A stretch of DNA of 47,182 bases, from positions 34,733-81,914 of the forward strand of contig CAZSTV010000001.1 of the NCBI GenBank assembly GCA_964609665.1. Direction: 5' to 3'. This DNA is from an uncultured Acidimicrobiaceae bacterium. Lineage in GTDB: Bacteria > Actinomycetota > Acidimicrobiia > Acidimicrobiales > SZUA-35. Both the position numbers and the translations under genes were made by a program. Below the pieces are notes generated by a model that was not told where the DNA came from, ran no database searches, and was given only the letters and a program-made list of their open reading frames with translations. Below are positions 44,827-47,182 of this stretch, piece by piece; within the stretch, counting starts at the first letter, position 1, and each line of letters opens with the position of its first letter.

Positions 44827-45255
44827 AGGGCCCAGAACGCGGCAAATCGACCTACATGCATGTGTGTTGATCCTGGTATAACGTTCGAGAGAGATTGAAG
44901 GGTCGCGTCCCGCGTGGCCGTGACGAGAGGAAGAAGGGCATTCGAAATGCCCACGATCAGCTGGGCGGCGCTGGCGTAATGGAACAGATCGAGATAGTGA
45001 ATTCCAAGCATTGCATCGCTGTGGTCCCGGCTCTGACCAAGCTTGGGGCAATGTCGCCGCAGGTTACACTGGTCATTGGCATCAGCGGCAGGGCATTTCA
45101 CACCGCAAGCAGCTGACTGGCCGTTCGGGCTGCCGCAGTAAACGTTGATGTGAAGAGCACGGCGCGAACTTCGGTATCGCCGGTATGGCTGACCGCTGTC
45201 AATGACCACGCCGACCTTTTCAGGTTGACGACCGCTGGAAGGAGGACCTAGTCCC

Positions 45256-46227
45256 ATGGAACATACGGTTGACGGCCGCTTTGGCGGCACCTCAGCAACT
45301 CCATTTTCGCTACCCGATTCGGATCAGCTGCTGGCTGGGGCTGATCAAGAGGCCGTGTTCGTCATTGGAGCACCCCGATCAGGCACCACCCTGCTGTACA
45401 AGATTCTGTGTCTGCATCCCGAGACGTCGTGGGTGTCCAACTACCTTCGTCGGATGCCGAGGCTTCCGGCCGTTGGCGCGCTTAGCCGCGCCACCGCCAA
45501 GCCGGACGCTCGGCTGAATGCCTGGTTCGGCGATGGGCAGGCGTACCGGTACGGCAGCCAGAGGAAGCTCCGTGAGTGGGCGTTCCCTTCGCCGGTCGAG
45601 GGCGAGCCCTTCTTCGCGCTTTGCGGCTTCACCGCCGATGGTTCCCGGTCCGGCATCGCCCGCGTCGAGCAGAAGAGACGCTTGCTTGAGCAGGTCCGTT
45701 CGCTGTGCAAGGCGCAGGGCGGCGACCTGTTCGTGAGCAAGCGAATCGCCCACAACCAGCGGTTGCCGCTGCTCGGTGAGGCACTGCCAAAGGCCAGGTT
45801 CATCCACCTCGTCCGTGACGGTCGTAGTGTCGCTAAGTCGCTACGCAACGTGGACTGGTGGCCAGAGAGCTACCTGCCGTGGTTCGGCGGCTCCCCCACC
45901 GACTGGCTCGAAGAGGGTCGTGATCCATGGCACGCTGCCGCGCTGCACTGGGTGCACGAACTCGCCGACATAGAACGCGGCTTTTCCCAGGTCGATTCCA
46001 GCCGAATTCTCCAGCTTTCCTATGAAGAGCTTCTCGCTGCGCCGATCGATCAACTTGAACGCCTTGCCAACTTTGCCGGGCTCGAGGTGACAGAGACAAT
46101 GAACGAAGCCGCGTCGACGTTGCGGCCATCATCTGGTGGCTCGGGTCTCGATGCGAGCACACAGTTGATCATCGACGAGATCCAGCACGACACGCTGTTG
46201 AAGTACGGCTACGAGTCCACCGCATGA
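45256..46227 (+). CDS. Sulfotransferase (PAPS-dependent, Sulfotransfer_3-like)
   Basis: 5'-PSB loop VFVIGAPRSGTTLLYKIL and 3'-PB motif FIHLVRDGRSVAKSL. Strong RBS GGAAGGAGG at 45237-45245. Confidence 0.8.
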   Translation: MEHTVDGRFGGTSATPFSLPDSDQLLAGADQEAVFVIGAPRSGTTLLYKILCLHPETSWVSNYLRRMPRLPAVGALSRATAKPDARLNAWFGDGQAYRYGSQRKLREWAFPSPVEGEPFFALCGFTADGSRSGIARVEQKRRLLEQVRSLCKAQGGDLFVSKRIAHNQRLPLLGEALPKARFIHLVRDGRSVAKSLRNVDWWPESYLPWFGGSPTDWLEEGRDPWHAAALHWVHELADIERGFSQVDSSRILQLSYEELLAAPIDQLERLANFAGLEVTETMNEAASTLRPSSGGSGLDASTQLIIDEIQHDTLLKYGYESTA

Positions 46228-47108
46228 CACAGCCGGTTCACTTCGTCGTCGGCACCGGTCGATGCGGCTCTTCACTGGCTCACGAGATGATGTGCCGGCA
46301 CGAGTCGGTCGATTTCGTCTCCAACCTCCAAGACCGCTTCGGCTTGGCCAAGACTCAGCAGTTGAACAACCGGATCTTCCGGTCACTGCCGCCGTCGGCC
46401 AGCATGAAGGGTCGGCTGCGGTTCGCACCGTCCGAGGCCTACGAGGCGCTTGAGCGAGACATCGGGCCGTTCATCGTCGACCCCTACCGCGATCTTGTCG
46501 AAGCGGACGCAACGGGCGCGGTCGCGGCCAGAATGCAGCAGTTCTTTGCCGCCAATGGCAGTGACGATCGGCCGCTCATTCACAAGTTCACCGGATGGCC
46601 TCGGGCTCGCTTTCTTCAGGCAATCTTTAGTGACGCGAAGTTCGTTCATGTCGTTCGAGATCCTCGTGCCGTCGTAAGTTCGTGGCTGCGGATGTCATGG
46701 TGGCGAGGTCACCTTGGCCCCGAAGGCTGGCACTTTGGGCCGCTCGATGAGTCGCAGACCGAGATCTGGAAATCCAGCGGTGAGAGCTTTGCGGTGCTCG
46801 GAGCCCTCGGCTGGCAAATTGTGATCGACGCTGTCAGCGAGTGCCGTGCGGCACTGGGTGATGCATGGCTCGACATCCGCTACGAGGACCTCTGTGCCAA
46901 GCCGAACGAGACCCTCACCACAGCGATGGAACATCTCGGCCTTGACGCAACCCCGGACTGGTTGCAGCAGCTCACCCGCTATGAGCTCACGAGCCCGCGC
47001 ACGGGGCCTGGAAGTTGGCCAGAGCTCGGCGACGACCTACCGCTGATCGAGAGCGTCTGCGCCGATGGCATGGCCACTTTCGAGTACGCAAGGTCGTCTC
47101 AGTTATGA
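46224..47108 (+). CDS. Sulfotransferase paralog
   Basis: HFVVGTGRCGSSLAHEMM (a variant PSB loop) and FVHVVRDPRAVVSSWL. ATGA overlap with the upstream sulfotransferase. Confidence 0.75.
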   Translation: MTQPVHFVVGTGRCGSSLAHEMMCRHESVDFVSNLQDRFGLAKTQQLNNRIFRSLPPSASMKGRLRFAPSEAYEALERDIGPFIVDPYRDLVEADATGAVAARMQQFFAANGSDDRPLIHKFTGWPRARFLQAIFSDAKFVHVVRDPRAVVSSWLRMSWWRGHLGPEGWHFGPLDESQTEIWKSSGESFAVLGALGWQIVIDAVSECRAALGDAWLDIRYEDLCAKPNETLTTAMEHLGLDATPDWLQQLTRYELTSPRTGPGSWPELGDDLPLIESVCADGMATFEYARSSQL

Positions 47109-47182
47109 GTATTCGAGAGGCGGTACGCTTGCAAAATCTCCACCAGCAGAAGAATAAAATCGAGCAGGTCCTACAGATAAAT
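47105..47182 (+). CDS. Start of a further gene (partial), lower GC, function unknown
   Basis: ATGA overlap with the second sulfotransferase stop. 26 open codons (MSIREAVRLQNLHQQKNKIEQVLQIN) run to the window edge. I count 34 G+C out of 78 nt, clearly below the rest of the window. Confidence 0.35.
   Translation, partial: MSIREAVRLQNLHQQKNKIEQVLQIN

Noticed and set aside
44895-45251. Small plus-strand ORFs in the spacer (73 aa from TTG 44895; 33 aa from GTG 45150) as precursor peptides for the sulfotransferases
   Set aside because: There is no RBS, no recognisable leader/core pattern and weak codon bias. The 33-aa ORF merely runs through the sulfotransferase RBS. The idea cannot be supported from sequence alone.
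43719-45290. 523-aa minus-strand ORF, and similar long antisense ORFs (4196-5059, 13083-14099, 14801-15805, 16613-17560, 22804-23583, 34102-34857, 42681-43568)
   Set aside because: They are mirror ORFs typical of high-GC DNA. Their translations are Arg/Pro/Gly/His-rich, and each is fully overlapped by an opposite-strand gene with clear family motifs.
1-47182. Mobile elements, prophage, toxin-antitoxin or known defence systems
   Set aside because: I recognised no transposase, integrase, phage structural, nuclease or TA-like ORF, and no terminal inverted repeats. The only hint of foreign DNA is the GC drop at 44.8-45.2 kb and at the extreme 3' end.

Overview
High-GC, gene-dense chromosomal segment that looks actinobacterial: LLM-class oxidoreductases, Pro/Gln-rich membrane-anchored proteins, frequent GTG starts, and 4-nt ATGA/GTGA overlaps at operon junctions. 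I can support about 44 protein-coding genes. I see no rRNA, tRNA, CRISPR array, transposase or integrase. Blocks: (1) 1-11.8 kb, metal and envelope genes: MFS fragment, TerC, DtxR/IdeR-family repressor, unknown lipoprotein, GT2 fused to an LPG-synthase-type TM domain, Fe(III) ABC binding protein plus permease with no ATPase, GT-C-like membrane protein, NAD epimerase, FAD oxidoreductase. (2) 11.8-16 kb, redox enzymes: AhpD/CMD-like, VOC, LLM, small acidic ORF, GlcD-like oxidase. (3) 16-22 kb: TPR protein, OmpA-like lipoprotein, SF2 helicase with a Cys4 C-terminal extension, beta-propeller protein, DUF1992. (4) 22-31 kb: orphan CoxL-like molybdoenzyme subunit, second CMD-like protein, Gfo/Idh/MocA, DUF3179 gene, membrane partner, prolyl oligopeptidase, crotonase. 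(5) 31-40 kb: envelope proteins, PanE, two LLM oxidoreductases, nucleoside hydrolase. (6) 40-47 kb: PhyH dioxygenase coupled to a Cys-type sulfatase, FadB-like enzyme, then a lower-GC spacer and two sulfotransferases. The strongest observation is that the DUF3179 gene is one continuous frame interrupted only by a TGA. That TGA sits where the family carries the first Cys of its CPLC motif, and an 8-bp hairpin follows 13 nt downstream. This makes it a candidate selenoprotein; the alternative is a single-base nonsense pseudogene. Secondary observations are phased short tandem repeats in several intergenic spacers (notably 20 bp x 5.7 and 24 bp x 3.2), an orphan CoxL, an ATPase-less iron ABC system and a sulfate-ester theme. 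All family calls come from motif recognition by eye; no searches or folding calculations were run.
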